From: Eledone cirrhosa | Taxonomy: Eukaryota | Direction: 5' to 3' | DNA: 64,000 nucleotides | Assembly (NCBI GenBank): GCA_964016885.1 | Contig: OZ024742.1 | Location: 110,422,001 to 110,486,000 of the forward strand | Shown here: piece after piece, positions 1 to 13,314 of the stretch | Layout of the letters: each line of letters starts with the position of its first letter | Position numbering within the stretch: position 1 is the first letter of the stretch | Translations under genes and position numbers: made by a program | Notes under the pieces: model-generated | Told to the model about the DNA's origin: nothing | Database searches by the model: none | The model's input: only the letters and a program-made list of their open reading frames with translations

Positions 1-755
1 TTTGAGCTTGATGGTCCGCATAATCCATTATAGCAAACCAAAATTGTGTCTCATGAGATGTCAGGTCAACAACATACCGTCTATTTGGACGTCAGACCAG
101 AATGATGTCTTTTAAACAGGGATTTCAAATATAGACTATTGTGCTCTTGATCTGGTATATCAACATCTTATAAACGCTAATAGAAAGTTATAATTTTTAA
201 TGTATAAAAATAAAGAAATAAGATAGAAACATTAACGGATTAACGACAGATGGAGGGTTGAATTTGTCGGGCAGATATTGTATACGTATAGGTATTGCAT
301 AAATGCATTTATATCGAGTGAATTTAATGCGTATCGTATAATGTATGTGATCGAATTCTTCTTTCGTAAGATATTTATTTCAATATTGGTAATCAGCCTG
401 AAGATTCTTCTTCTCAGTAGAAAACCAAAATGTTTATGACAAATCGTCTTTGTATATTGATATACTCTTGTATTCTTTTATTGTTTTATGCATTTCAGGC
501 ATTAAGCTGAGACCATGCTGGGGTACAAGTTTTGAAGTTTCATTTTTATTATCCTATATTATGCAAACAACTCGAAATCAACGATTTTCTTCAATAAAGA
601 TAAATTAAACTCTCGATAAATTAGTGAGAGGTGGATCGGCTGAATCAATAGAGCATCATACAAAATGTGCTGTATTTATTTGCGTACCTTCATGAGTCAG
701 AATCTCTTAATTCCCTTTCACATTTCTAGTGCTTTGCAGTATTTAGTTACGATTT

Positions 756-905
756 TGTACGTTCTAAGTTCAAATCCCGCGAAGGTCATCTTTGCCTTTC
801 ATCCTTCTGAGGTCGATAACATAAATTCAACTTAAGTACGAGGGTTGATTTAATCAAATGTTTCCTTCCTTCCAAATTTACTGGCCTTGTGCGTAAATTA
901 TCAAT
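756..905 (+). mobile_element. tRNA-derived SINE, decayed (MetaSINE-like central domain)
   Basis: B-box-like GTTCAAATCC followed by TTTGCCTTTCATCCTTCTGAGGTCGATAA. Same family as 3120-3309. Confidence 0.55.
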
Positions 906-1798
906 CAATATTTCCATAATAGTTAGATTAAGTAACAGTCAGGTACTGGGGGTTGATATAATCGACGGTTCCCAGGGATTCAGTATTTGTGACATTGTGC
1001 TTACTGTTAGATAGAAAGTATTAATAAGAAATTTTTTTGCTATGAATTAGTCAGATGTAAAAGGGTAGCTCCCATCATCTTTTATGGCGGCCACAGGGAT
1101 TCAACTGCTGAAAGAGAGTAAACTCTTTGAATATTGTCAGAATTCTTGCAAAAGAGAGGGTTGTGCTAATAAGACCAAGTCCGACATGATTAGTCCAGTT
1201 TTTAACTACCATATCTTTTCACTCGCAAACTTGGGTCGACTCTAGGTTTCTATTATTTAGACTTACGTGGTTACAAAGCAAACGTATCTACCAACATCGC
1301 CATACTAGTATCCACATTATTCTATTGAGAAATTTTATTTTTTTATTCTCACAACTTAAAACTTATAGTCTCTTAAATCGAAAATTTACTATCCTACGAT
1401 AATCAGAAAGTAAATATTTATTATATACTTTTAAAAATACATTTGAGAATTTAATCCGATTTCATGAATAATTTCATGAGTTCATCAAACGTTATCAGAA
1501 TGTGTTTTGTTATCATTTGATTGTAGGAAATTGTTGTGTAATATTTATAGTTATTTTATTCGTTTTTATATCTAACAGATAAGGTAGGAAATCCTTTCTA
1601 TTATGAGTAGAGCACGAAATGCGAAAGATGTTATTTAGGAAGAAGGAAAAGTAAATTTAATTATCAATACAGATAAGTTTTTTGTAGCGTTTCGTTTATA
1701 AAAATTATTCAAATTATCTGTTGTTTTTTTCTCTGTCTTGCTTGCTCATTCTATCTCCTAGTTCATTAGCACTTTCATTTTTACTCCCCTCTTTCTCT

Positions 1799-1863
<65 letters not shown>

Positions 1864-1908
1864 GTGACGAAACATAAGTCATTTGCATGAACTCATAATC
1901 CTTTATTT

Positions 1909-1964
1909 ACTGCTATATATATTTCGATGATAGCCATTGAATGGCTATGACCTCATCAGGCAGT
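1909..1964 (-). ncRNA. Type I hammerhead ribozyme in a pLTR fragment (about 1864-2030)
   Basis: Minus strand: ACTGC-CTGATGA-ggtcATAGCCATtcaATGGCTATcatc-GAAA-TATATATA^GCAGT. Same HHR at 8423-8478. Confidence 0.85.
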
Positions 1965-2054
1965 TAGTCAGTTCTTAGATATGCTAGCTCGGTGTTTATA
2001 GTGTTGATAGTTGTTTATAGCCTTGGGACATATGTATATATATATATAAATATG

Positions 2055-2133
<79 letters not shown>

Positions 2134-2209
2134 GTATATATATATATATATGTATATATATGTATATAGTGTGTGTGTGTTTTGTGCATTCATATATATA
2201 TATATATAC

Positions 2210-2255
<46 letters not shown>

Positions 2256-2392
2256 TAGATCGAGTTAGAAACTCAAAATAGTCTTTTACAATTAAAAATG
2301 GCGCATGTCTCTCAGACATGACACCCTTAATTGAGTTAATTATTATAAAATAACAGGGGGCTGGACTAGTGTAATTCATTAAAAGGTTTATT

Positions 2393-2450
2393 ATACTATG
2401 ATCATTTCAGTGATCGGGTTCAGTATGAATCCGGTGACATCATCAGGTAT
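2393..2450 (-). ncRNA. Type I hammerhead ribozyme
   Basis: Minus strand: ATAC-CTGATGA-stem II (CGGATTCA/TGAACCCG)-GAAA-TGATCA-TA^GTAT; palindromic stem III. Confidence 0.8.
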
Positions 2451-2533
2451 TCTAAATATAGCAAAGGAATATAAATAGACAAAATCCATGGGGCCGAAAC
2501 GCAGAGACATGAGGGCGGCCGAACATTTAACAG

Positions 2534-2606
<73 letters not shown>

Positions 2607-2735
2607 AAAGAGATATTTAATTTGTTGGTTATTCAACAAATTTATTTATAACAGATTCGAAGCACTCTACAGATTTTCTGGAGTATAATTTCAAATGTTA
2701 TTAATAAATGGAAACTATATATATAAAACCATATT

Positions 2736-2795
2736 TATTTTATTATATATATTTCAAGGGTACCACATTTTTGTACGCACTCATCAGATAAAATA
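2736..2795 (-). ncRNA. Type I hammerhead ribozyme (left arm)
   Basis: Minus strand: TATTTTAT-CTGATGA-gtgcGTACaaaaatgtgGTACcctt-GAAA-TATATATA^ATAAAATA. Confidence 0.8.
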
Positions 2796-3119
2796 CAAAA
2801 TTTGTTTTATAAATGTTGATATACTCAAGAAAACCAGACCTTATTGGTTCAGGTTCAGTTTAGATAGTGAAAGAAATATTTCAAATCTTTAGGATGAATA
2901 TGTAAATGAGGTTGAAATGTAAACTGAAAAAAAAAACGTTATATTTAGACGCTAGGTAAATTTAAATAATTATTAGGATAATTTATAAGGATAATTTATA
3001 AAAAGAAAAAAAGAAAAAAAGAGAGACTAATATTAATGTTATGGTCTAAGAAAATTTAAGGAATGGTTATAAGAAAGAATTATGGTTAGAAATACATTAT
3101 TATTATTAAGATAAAATTG

Positions 3120-3309
3120 CAGTCGATTGGCAGTATCAGTAGAGGGTCGGACGCCATGCTTTGACGCATAGAGTTACGACCCTTGCCATTCTGAGTTCAA
3201 ATCCCGCCGAGGTTAACTTTGCCTTTCATCCTTACGGGCTCGATAAAATAAAGTACCAGTAAAGCGCTGGTTAATTGCTGGCCTTGTGCCAAAAGTAGAA
3301 ACAATTATG
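3120..3309 (+). mobile_element. SINE nested in the PLE arm, with a 12-bp target-site duplication
   Basis: GAGTTCAAATCCC B box and GCCTTTCATCCTT..GATAAAATAAAGTACCAG core. AAGATAAAATTG occurs at 3108-3119 and 3310-3321. Confidence 0.7.
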
Positions 3310-4072
3310 AAGATAAAATTGTATGGATCATATCAGTGATGCTGTAAAGAGAGTGATATAATTATATTTAACTATTTAATTATATAATCATATATTTTGG
3401 TAGTATCTTTACAATAATATGAGAGTTAAGAATGTGTTGAAGTTTTTTAAAGAAATTGAGATATACAACAAATTGGATCTATTCAAATCATGAGTTATGA
3501 TATATAGATAATATTTATAAGTATATTTTAAGGCTGTAAGTATATTTTAGTTTATTATATTACAATGGGTTATTTATATAAGTATTTATATAAATAATTT
3601 TAGTGAGTATATATGTTGTTATTTTCACTAGATAGATAAATTTAATATTTTTATATATGTTAAGGGCCACGAAGAATTTTGTGTTTACATTGTGTTAAAA
3701 TTTTATTTAAGATTATTTTGTACATTCAGATATTTCAATCAAGATAGGAAACATTCACAAAAAACTTATTATGTCAACGAAAATATATATTTATGTAAAG
3801 TTTAGTTTTTACGTAGAAGGAATGTTTAAGCATGTTATATTACAAAGGAAAAGATAACTCCAATGTTTCTTAGTTAAAATAATTATGTTACATTTGTAAT
3901 TTTATTCTAGAATTTACTTTTAAAGAAATATACAATTAGGATATATGCGGAATATAAGTAGAAAAATTTAATATATTATTTTGTATATGATTATAAGGTA
4001 TTTTATATTAGATGTTTTCAAAGATGAGAATTCTTTTATATATGTATTTAGATAGTATTATCTACACTTATA

Positions 4073-5458
4073 TATTCTTCAAAATATACGGACTTATCTA
4101 GTGAAGAAATAAATATCATTTTAACCGCACGCAAAACCCTAATTGAATTTAATAACCATATCTGGACAAGGGCTGACAGACAGAACAATTTTGACATCAC
4201 AATGGGATCACCTGACTCAGCTCAAGTAACAGATCTCGTTGGAATATTTATTCTTAATGTACTACATAGAAAAATGCCAGAGATGGCCGGAGGTCTATAT
4301 CGCGACGATATGTTACTTATAGTCGAATAGCGAACTTAATAGGAAAAAGAAATCTATCATAGAATTTTTCAATAATTACAACCTTAAATCAGAAATTGAG
4401 AATAATAATAAAACTGTTAACTTCTTAGATGTAACTTTAAACCTTAGCTCAGGTCTATATCACCCTTTCCATAAGGTTAATGAAAACCTAAACTTCGTAA
4501 GCTTCCATTCTAACCATCCTAGAAACGTAAAAAATTACTATTGTCAATAGTGTCCAGCAACGAATTTCACGCATTTCAGCTAATAAGAATATTTTTGATG
4601 ACAATGATGCTTTACATAGAGCTGGCTACACGAGTAAAATTAAAGACTTAGATAACAATAACATGCAAAATCATCCTAAAATTCACTATAATAATAATGA
4701 TAAGAAATTTAACATAAATAGTAAATCAAACAAAAGAACTAGAACTAGAAATATTATTTGGTACTATCCCCCCTTCTCGATAGGCGTTAAAACACCTGTA
4801 GCAAACCTATTTTTCAAAGCATTAGATAAATGTTTTCCTAAATCCCATAGATACCATTCTATTTTTAACAGACATACTATTAAACTATCTTACTCTACTA
4901 CGATGAACATAGCACAGCATATAAATAGAATTAATAATAGCAACTTAAATTTAAGCCCAAACCAAATAAACCAAGACAACAATATTAATATTACTAATAA
5001 CACTATTAATACTAATAATAATAGTACTGTTCATAGTAACAATAACTCTGGAAAATCTAACTGTAGAGACGAATCAAATAGCCCTTTTACAGAATAATTG
5101 CCTAGATAAAAACTTAGTATACAAATGAACAGTAAAAACTAGAGATAAAATATATAACTATATAGGAGGCACTTCTACAAAATTTAAAGAACGCTGGTAT
5201 AATCACAAACATACTTTTAATAGATCCGATAAAAAATTTTCTACATCACTTTCACATCTAATTTGGTACTTAAAAGGCAATAATATTGACTATTCAATCT
5301 CTTGGGGAACGATTTCAAAAGCGCCCGCATACCGAAATATGGCTCCTTCAAGAATTTGTTATTTGTTTATTGAAGAAATATTTTATATACTTACCTGCCA
5401 AAACTCTATTAACAAAAAGAAAGAATTGTTCAGTTCTTGTAGACATCGCCGAGAATGA
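4073..5458 (+). pseudogene. Decayed PLE RT-GIY-YIG ORF (5'-truncated, with stops and frameshifts)
   Basis: FDITMGSPDSAQVTDLVG, GGLYRDD, VNFLDVTLNL, WYYPPFS, then NCLDKNLVYK*TV..YIGGTSTKFKERWYNH. Confidence 0.9.
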
Positions 5459-6321
5459 CTTTCAGAAGTATCTTTAATATATAGAATATATTTCACTTGT
5501 TTACATTTTATATGTCTTCACTATGTTTTTGTCGAGATTTTGTGGTGACTTTTAAATGATATTTTTCTTTTTATCTAATATTTTTCAAATGATATTCTTT
5601 TTCAAATGATATTCTTTTTAATGGTTTTCAATGATATTTTGAAATATATCTTTTTGGTAATAATTTTGATAATGTTTATAAATATAATTATGATGTCTGT
5701 AATCATATTTTTTCACTATATAGAAATTAACACATGCATCGATGTAGATAATACTATCTAAATACATATATAAAAGAATTCTCATCTTTGAAAACATCTA
5801 ATATAAAATACCTTATAATCATATACAAAATAATATATTAAATTTTTCTACTTATATTCCGCATATATCCTAATTGTATATTTCTTTAAAAGTAAATTCT
5901 AGAGTAAAATGACAAATGTAACATAGTTATTTTAACTAAGAAACATTGGAGTTATCTTTTTCTTTGAAATGTAACACGATTAAACATTCCTTCTACGTAA
6001 AAACTAAACTTTACATAAATATTTATTTTCGTTGACTTAATACGTTTTTTGTGATGTTTCCTATCTTGATTAATATATCTGAATGTACAAAATAATCTTC
6101 TCAAATAAAATGTATAACTACGTCCTTTTCTTAACTATATATTGAAAATGTAAACGCAAAATTCTTCGTAACCCTTAACATATATACAAATATTAAATTT
6201 ATCTATCTAGTGAAAATAACAACATATATACTCACCAAAAATATTTATATAAATACTTATATAAATAACCCGTTGTAATATAATAAACTAAAATATACTT
6301 ACAGCCTTAAAATATACTTTG

Positions 6322-6382
6322 TATTCTATCTGATGAGAGCGTACCAAAATTTTGGTACCCTTGAAATATATATAATAAAATA
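6322..6382 (+). ncRNA. Type I hammerhead ribozyme (right arm)
   Basis: TATTCTAT-CTGATGA-gagcGTACCAAAATTTTGGTACcctt-GAAA-TATATATA^ATAAAATA. Confidence 0.8.
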
Positions 6383-6424
6383 AATATGGTTTTATAAATA
6401 TAGTTTCCATTTATTAATATTATT

Positions 6425-6492
<68 letters not shown>

Positions 6493-6516
6493 CACACACA
6501 CGCACACACACACACA

Positions 6517-6547
<31 letters not shown>

Positions 6548-6877
6548 TATGTGTTTGTGTGTGTGAGTGTATGTATAAACAGATTTAATCAGAAGATCAT
6601 TGCTTATACATTCATTAGAGAAAAATAGACTCATACACTCTAGAGAAACTTTAGCTAGTATGACACGGAATCAAACTATCTACACAAACAAATATCTATA
6701 TATTTTACGAAATGGTGTATACCTACGTATTTATCTATTAGCAGATACATATATGCACACACATACACACACACATATACATACATATACACATATATAG
6801 TTATACATGTATATAGACATATATACACACACACACACATACACACATACACACATACACACACATGTATATATATA

Positions 6878-7189
6878 TGATGGACTCTCCCATCGATTCG
6901 ACGTATGAGAGTTCAACAGTCTTTTCAGTTCATTGTTTTATGTTTATGCCTCAAATAGCGCTTCACTCCAGCTACTGATTTACACATCAATCCGCATTTG
7001 GTGCAGGTGACAGAATCTTGAACAGAGAAGGCTGGTATGCCTGAGCGGACCCTGGTGTCAGATCTTATCTCACAGAGGCGGGCTAAATGAGATTTCTCAA
7101 AGTTCTTTATACCTTCGTGGCAGATGGTTCTCCATCTTTACAGTTGGCAATCTTGGCTTCAAACGAAGAAAGAAGTACGTTGACAGAAG

Positions 7190-7190
<1 letters not shown>
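6878..7190 (-). mobile_element. 3' fragment of an RTE-like LINE
   Basis: Minus strand translates to WRTICHEGIKNFE...VTCTKCGLMCKSVAGVKRYLRHKH* (C-terminal zinc-finger-like motif), followed by a short 3' UTR into (TA)n. Confidence 0.6.
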
Positions 7191-7242
<52 letters not shown>

Positions 7243-7281
7243 GATATTAACAAATGGAAACTATATTTATAAAACCATATC

Positions 7282-7346
7282 TATTTTATTATACATATTT
7301 CAAGGATACCATGTTAAATTATGGTATGCTTTCATCAGACAAAATA
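7282..7346 (-). ncRNA. Type I hammerhead ribozyme in a solo pLTR fragment (about 7243-7495)
   Basis: Minus strand: TATTTTGT-CTGATGA-aagcATACCAT..ATGGTATcctt-GAAA-TATGTATA^ATAAAATA. Related to the 2736, 6322 and 15425 HHRs. Confidence 0.8.
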
Positions 7347-7490
7347 CAATATATACCAGTTTTATAAATAAATATTGACATACCCTTACAAAATGCAACC
7401 GTTACATTTGGAAGACATCGGGATAGTGGAGTTGTTTACTTATATTAGTAAGTCGTTGTGTTACAGAGAAGGAAAAAGACGGAGAGAGAG

Positions 7491-7540
<50 letters not shown>

Positions 7541-7716
7541 GTAGGAGGTGAGTTTTATTGTAGTACAATAAAGCAATGCAGATATCGGATAAGAAGCACT
7601 CTACAGTTTGTGGGACTGGAGTATACATAATATATAAGAACAAAAGATGGTTCATATGTTGATCTAAAACTGAACTATCCACAAGTGTTTTTTAGCCTTC
7701 ATATCATGTCCTCCTG

Positions 7717-7783
7717 TTTTATCTGATGAAAACACAAATATTATTGCATGATGATATTTGTTTTTGAAATGCGCATAATAAAA
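7717..7783 (+). ncRNA. Type I hammerhead ribozyme in an inverted mini-PLE (7540-7820)
   Basis: TTTTAT-CTGATGA-aaacACAAATATTATtgcATGATGATATTTGTtttt-GAAA-TGCGCATA^ATAAAA. Same family as 32977-33047. Confidence 0.85.
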
Positions 7784-7862
7784 TACATGGAACTCCTTTA
7801 ACCATCTTTTGTTCTTATATATATATATATATATATATATGGAAAAAGATATATATGGAAAA

Positions 7863-7929
<67 letters not shown>

Positions 7930-8187
7930 TAAACGGAATAGAAAATGCTGACAAATTGTTCACAGTTGAAAAATGGTTTAATTAGGAATAAAAGAGTATT
8001 AGTGATTGTATGGGTTAGTATTCAGTTGTGGTTTTAAGTTTTTAAGTTTTTACCGGTTGCGCATTTCTAAATGCTTTTCAAAAATAATTTTGAGATAGAG
8101 TGTCCGTGCTGTTTGCTTATATATATTTATTGGAAAAGAAAATGTGTGAGATCCTTGGTACAGTTAGGTATATTTGAAAAAAGGAAC

Positions 8188-8292
8188 AGAATGACTTCAC
8201 TTGTAGTTCTAAATAATTTTGATTTAATTTTATAATATTGTAATATTATAAAATTAAATCAAATTATTTAGAACTACAAGTGAAGTGATTCT
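8188..8292. repeat. About 105-bp palindrome formed by an inverted element end
   Basis: AGAATGACTTCACTTGTAGTTCTAAATAATT.. is mirrored around about 8240. Related ends at 11147-11230 and 33099-33127. Confidence 0.8.
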
Positions 8293-8300
8293 TTTCTGTT

Positions 8301-8381
<81 letters not shown>

Positions 8382-8422
8382 CGAAACATAAGTCAATTGC
8401 ATGAACTCATAATCCTTTATTT

Positions 8423-8478
8423 ACTGCTATATATATTTCGATGATAGCCATTGAATGGCTATGACCTCATCAGGCAGT
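8423..8478 (-). ncRNA. Type I hammerhead ribozyme in a non-coding element (about 8377-9180)
   Basis: Same HHR as 1909-1964. Confidence 0.85.
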
Positions 8479-9175
8479 TAGTCAGTTCTTAGATATGCCA
8501 GCTCTGCGTGTATAGTGTTGATGGTATCAGAGCCTAGGGACATATAAGCTTGTTAAGAATATTTTGATGTTGTCAGCAGGAATAGTCTTGATTCTCATTG
8601 GTCAGTTTGTAGATGGTAGTAGGTTGGTATTTGACCTCAAAGAGGCAGGTGGTTCTGTAAGGTTCAAACCATCAGGCAAGAAGACTATAACAGAGAGAGT
8701 TATGTTTTTGTCACCAATTTAGCGGAGAGTTATATATTTAGAAGTTGGTAAGGTTGCCACGAGGAACCAGGTTTGGTAGAAAGATATGATAGGAATATCG
8801 ACAACGACTTTAGCTTGGTTTTACATTATTTATTAACAGAGGTTGAGCTGGCATGCTAAGAGAAATAAAACATATCAATTAAGATTACAAGAGAAAATAC
8901 GGTCGACTGGCTGAGGCGTTTAGCCAATTCCGTAGTAAAATTGTTGTGTCGTTACATATTGTTTGTGCTGGCGGAGCAAAAGAACAAGTGGTCTTTACCT
9001 TAGCACGGCCTAGCTGGAAGTGATAGCGTCCTCAAATCTTTGCGGGCTATTTCTCCCTCAGAACGCGTAGGGATACATCCTCTTCTACTGGCGCTGATTG
9101 GCTGAGCTGAGCCAAATCACGCACAGAGAATGTATGAGAGCCCGCGGAATGTAGGTCACTACAAGACAATAGTTC

Positions 9176-9229
<54 letters not shown>

Positions 9230-9240
9230 AGTAAGTAAGA

Positions 9241-9333
9241 CCCCGACGGCTGAGCTCAAGCCGTTTCGACGGCTAATTCTGTACTGAATGAAAAATCAGT
9301 TCTGGTATTTAAATAGCCGAACTTGTCAAGGGG
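9241..9333 (-). ncRNA. Hammerhead ribozyme, U3-A8 core variant
   Basis: Minus strand: CCCC-TTGACAA-gttCGGCTA..TAGCCGtc-GAAA-CGGCTtgagctcAGCCG-TC^GGGG. Confidence 0.8.
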
Positions 9334-9667
9334 CAATTCCATATATGGTCAAAGAGATAATCACCAGGATTGGTCATCCCGCAAGGTAGTAGTAATGCTG
9401 CGATGGCAAGTTGGTGGGGGAGGTAGCCAAACCTGCCAGTAGGAGAAAAGGGGAGAGGGGGCGGAGTAGACCCATTCATGCGTTGGTGGTGCCAGCTACA
9501 GCTGGGTGTGAGGTCGAAGAGGACGCCGGGGAGGGGGAGGGGGAGGAGGTCAAAACGGTAAGTAGAACGATGAAAATGTAAAACTGTAAAAGGTACTGAG
9601 AGAGAAAAGAAATATAAGCAGAATCTGGTTACTAAGACTTAATTCTCTCGCTATTGCTAGGCTGAAG

Positions 9668-10215
9668 AAATACATAAATAAGTAAATAAGAAATACATAA
9701 ATAATATTCCACATAAGTAAATAAGAAATACAAAAATAATATTCCACATAAGTAAATAAGAAATACAAAAATAATATTCCACATAAGTAAATAAGAAATA
9801 CATAAAGAATATTCCACATAAGTCAATAAGAAATACATGAATAATATTCCACGTAAGTAAATAAGAAATACATAAGTAATATTCCACATAAGTAAATAAG
9901 AAATACGTAAATAATATTCCACATAAGTAAATAAGAAATACATAAGTAATATTCCACATAAGTAAATAAGAAATACATGAATAATATTCCACATAAGTAA
10001 ATAAGAAATACATGAATAATATTCCACATAAGTAAATAAGAAATACGTAAATAATATTCCACATAAGTAAATAAGAAATACATAAGTAATATTCCACATA
10101 AGTAAATAAGAAATACGTAAATAATATTCCACATAAGTAAATAAGAAATACATAAGTAATATTCCACATAAGTAAATAAGAAATACGTAAATAATACTCC
10201 ACAAGAAAAACATAA
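9668..10215. repeat. 35-bp minisatellite, about 15 units
   Basis: AATATTCCACATAAGTAAATAAGAAATACATAAAT units start at 9703, 9738, 9773 ... 10193. Confidence 0.95.
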
Positions 10216-10265
10216 ATGAGTAAATAAACAAATAAGTGAGTAAAAGGATGGATAGATAGATTTAA

Positions 10266-10299
<34 letters not shown>

Positions 10300-10736
10300 G
10301 TAGAATAAAAAGAATAAGAAAACAAATGATAATGATAGAAAAAAAAACCTAGGTGTGACGGAGATAAAGGGACCCTTATGCGGGGTATAAGTGCGAGTAT
10401 CGTACGGTGACGGGTCAACAGAGGGGGGGGGGGTCGGAATACTACAGAGACCACCACGAAAAAAATAAATAAATAACGGTTTCTACCCCAAACACCGGGC
10501 CAGCAACCACCCAGTGCAAGAAAGTAGACTAGTACGAGAATATAATTCAGGGTCCCGCAAAAAAAAATACTGGTGCTAACTCTAAGGGTACCGCCACGAA
10601 ACAAAATGTCTTATACAAGCTACATGAAAAGTCGTACGAATTAAAAATAAAGAACGTAAAATTAATACAGGAAAAAGGGGAAAAAGGGAAAAAGAAGAAA
10701 GAGATACTGGATCGATAAAAAAAAGTGTAAAAGAAG

Positions 10737-11151
<415 letters not shown>

Positions 11152-11769
11152 AAATGTGTGTAATCCTTGGTACAGTTAGGTATATTAAGACAAGGGGGAA
11201 GAAAAAATGGCTTCACTTGTGCTTTCAACAAATTTATTTTCTTCACAAAATCCAAAAAGAATTTTTTTCCGGATTAGAAAAAATTTTTTTCTTAAAAAAA
11301 AAAAAAATTATTTTATAAATTAAGTTGTTGGTTGTTGGTTAGGTCTTAGGAGTTCTTGGTTAACGTAGGAGATATTGTTTCGTTTTTAGAACGACCTTTC
11401 ACGCTGAGGTGCGCTTGTCAAACTGATGTGTATGTGGTGTGTTGTTCTATATATAGGGATTTAACATGTCTGTGGTGTGGTGGGGTTTCTTTTCTCCCCC
11501 TTTAATAAGTGTATGGGTGTAGGTGTGTTGAAAAAGTGTTAATAGCAGTAAGACGGCGAGTAGGGTTGGGTGGGGAGAAATGTAGCAAGTGCAGCCTGCC
11601 CCGGTCATTCTCGAAAAATTCCTTTATTCAGGGGAAAAAGCTTTTAGTATTCCTTTTGTGTTGAGAATGGTCACAGGCAAATCGCACCTGCTAAGTTTGT
11701 AAATAATAATTTTTTTCTTTTTTTCTGAAGAATTTTTCTACGTCCATCCCAAAATTAGTCTTTTGTTCA

Positions 11770-11959
11770 ACACACACATATGTGCGTATATACGTACATA
11801 CACACACGGGCATATGTAGGAATATATAGGCACACACCATCAATCACACACCCATGTACAAATACATCCACATACATACACAAAAACATATAGAGACACA
11901 TATAAAAACACATATACACATACGTACACACACGAATATGTACTCATACCTACACATGG

Positions 11960-11990
<31 letters not shown>

Positions 11991-12047
11991 CATATATATA
12001 TATATACACATATACATACACACACATATACACATATATATACATAT

Positions 12048-12087
<40 letters not shown>

Positions 12088-12170
12088 ACACATACATACA
12101 TATACATACATACACATACATATACACACATAAAGATACATAACTAAATATACATATATACACATACACG

Positions 12171-12208
<38 letters not shown>

Positions 12209-12345
12209 GATACACACACACACACACATATACATATGTCCGCATATATACCTCCGTTCACACATACAAGCATACACACACACATACACACATACACATA
12301 TATATATACATATATAGAGAGAGGCATACACACACACACACATAC

Positions 12346-12390
<45 letters not shown>

Positions 12391-12491
12391 CATATATACA
12401 TATACATACATATATGTACACATAAACACATACAGACACATACACACATATACATACATATACACATACATATATATCTCTATATATATAT

Positions 12492-12532
<41 letters not shown>

Positions 12533-12597
12533 CATACACATACACATACAAGTACATACATACACACATACATATATACACATACATATACATACAT

Positions 12598-12660
<63 letters not shown>

Positions 12661-12742
12661 TATACACATACACACACATACATACACACATACATATATA
12701 CATATATATATATGTGTACACACGAGCACATAAAGACAATAT

Positions 12743-12788
<46 letters not shown>

Positions 12789-12947
12789 ACATAGATCTAC
12801 ATAGATACATACATATACACATACAGAAACATACACATATGTACACACATATATACATATATGAACATACATATACACACACACATATATATAGGTACAT
12901 ACATATACATACACACACATATAAACATATATATCCCTATCTATCTA

Positions 12948-13027
<80 letters not shown>

Positions 13028-13225
13028 TACACATATATATATACAAACATACACATACATACATATACATATACATATATATACACACATACACACATAC
13101 ATATATATATATATACACACACACATACAAACATACACACATCCATACGTACATATACACCCACATACATATATACCCACACGTATACATACATCCATAC
13201 ATACCTACACACATATATGTGTGTG
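11770..13225. repeat. Degenerate (CA)n/(TA)n microsatellite field
   Basis: Mixed TA/CA/TACA repeats; the ORFs here are artefacts. Confidence 0.95.
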
Positions 13226-13314
13226 TCTCACCGTTCACTCAGACATTCATGTGTATACATAAGAAGAGGGGGAGGGGGGTTTAGTGAAATGGAATTTTAC
13301 CTCCGAGTGTTAAT

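Larger units (their letters stand above)
2603..6425 (+). mobile_element. Penelope-like element (YRDD type) with inverted terminal arms
   Basis: About 3529-4063 is the reverse complement of about 5751-6311, and about 2696-2796 of about 6321-6420. Each end carries an HHR, a decayed RT/GIY-YIG lies between, and the flanks are (TA)n and (CA)n. Confidence 0.85.
9227..10740 (-). mobile_element. 3' UTR/pLTR fragment of the PLE family at 47543-51367
   Basis: The reverse complement aligns by eye with about 50340-51288. Confidence 0.85.

Noticed and set aside
394-450. CTGAAGA..GAAA hammerhead-like motif
   Set aside because: Stems I and II do not pair convincingly; at best a decayed relic.
5126-5128. 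In-frame TGA at a conserved Cys position (selenocysteine as in Naiad PLEs?)
   Set aside because: The copy has other stops and frameshifts, all sister families have Cys, and no SECIS was recognised; a single TGY>TGA change explains it.
9668-10215. 35-bp repeats resembling a CRISPR array, and overlapping 199-315 aa ORFs
   Set aside because: Units are contiguous without unique spacers, there are no cas genes and the context is eukaryotic; the ORFs just read through the repeat.
11384-11428. Minus-strand TTGACAA-GCGC..GCGT-GAAA motif
   Set aside because: The core and stem II fit a U3-A8 HHR, but stem I cannot be formed.
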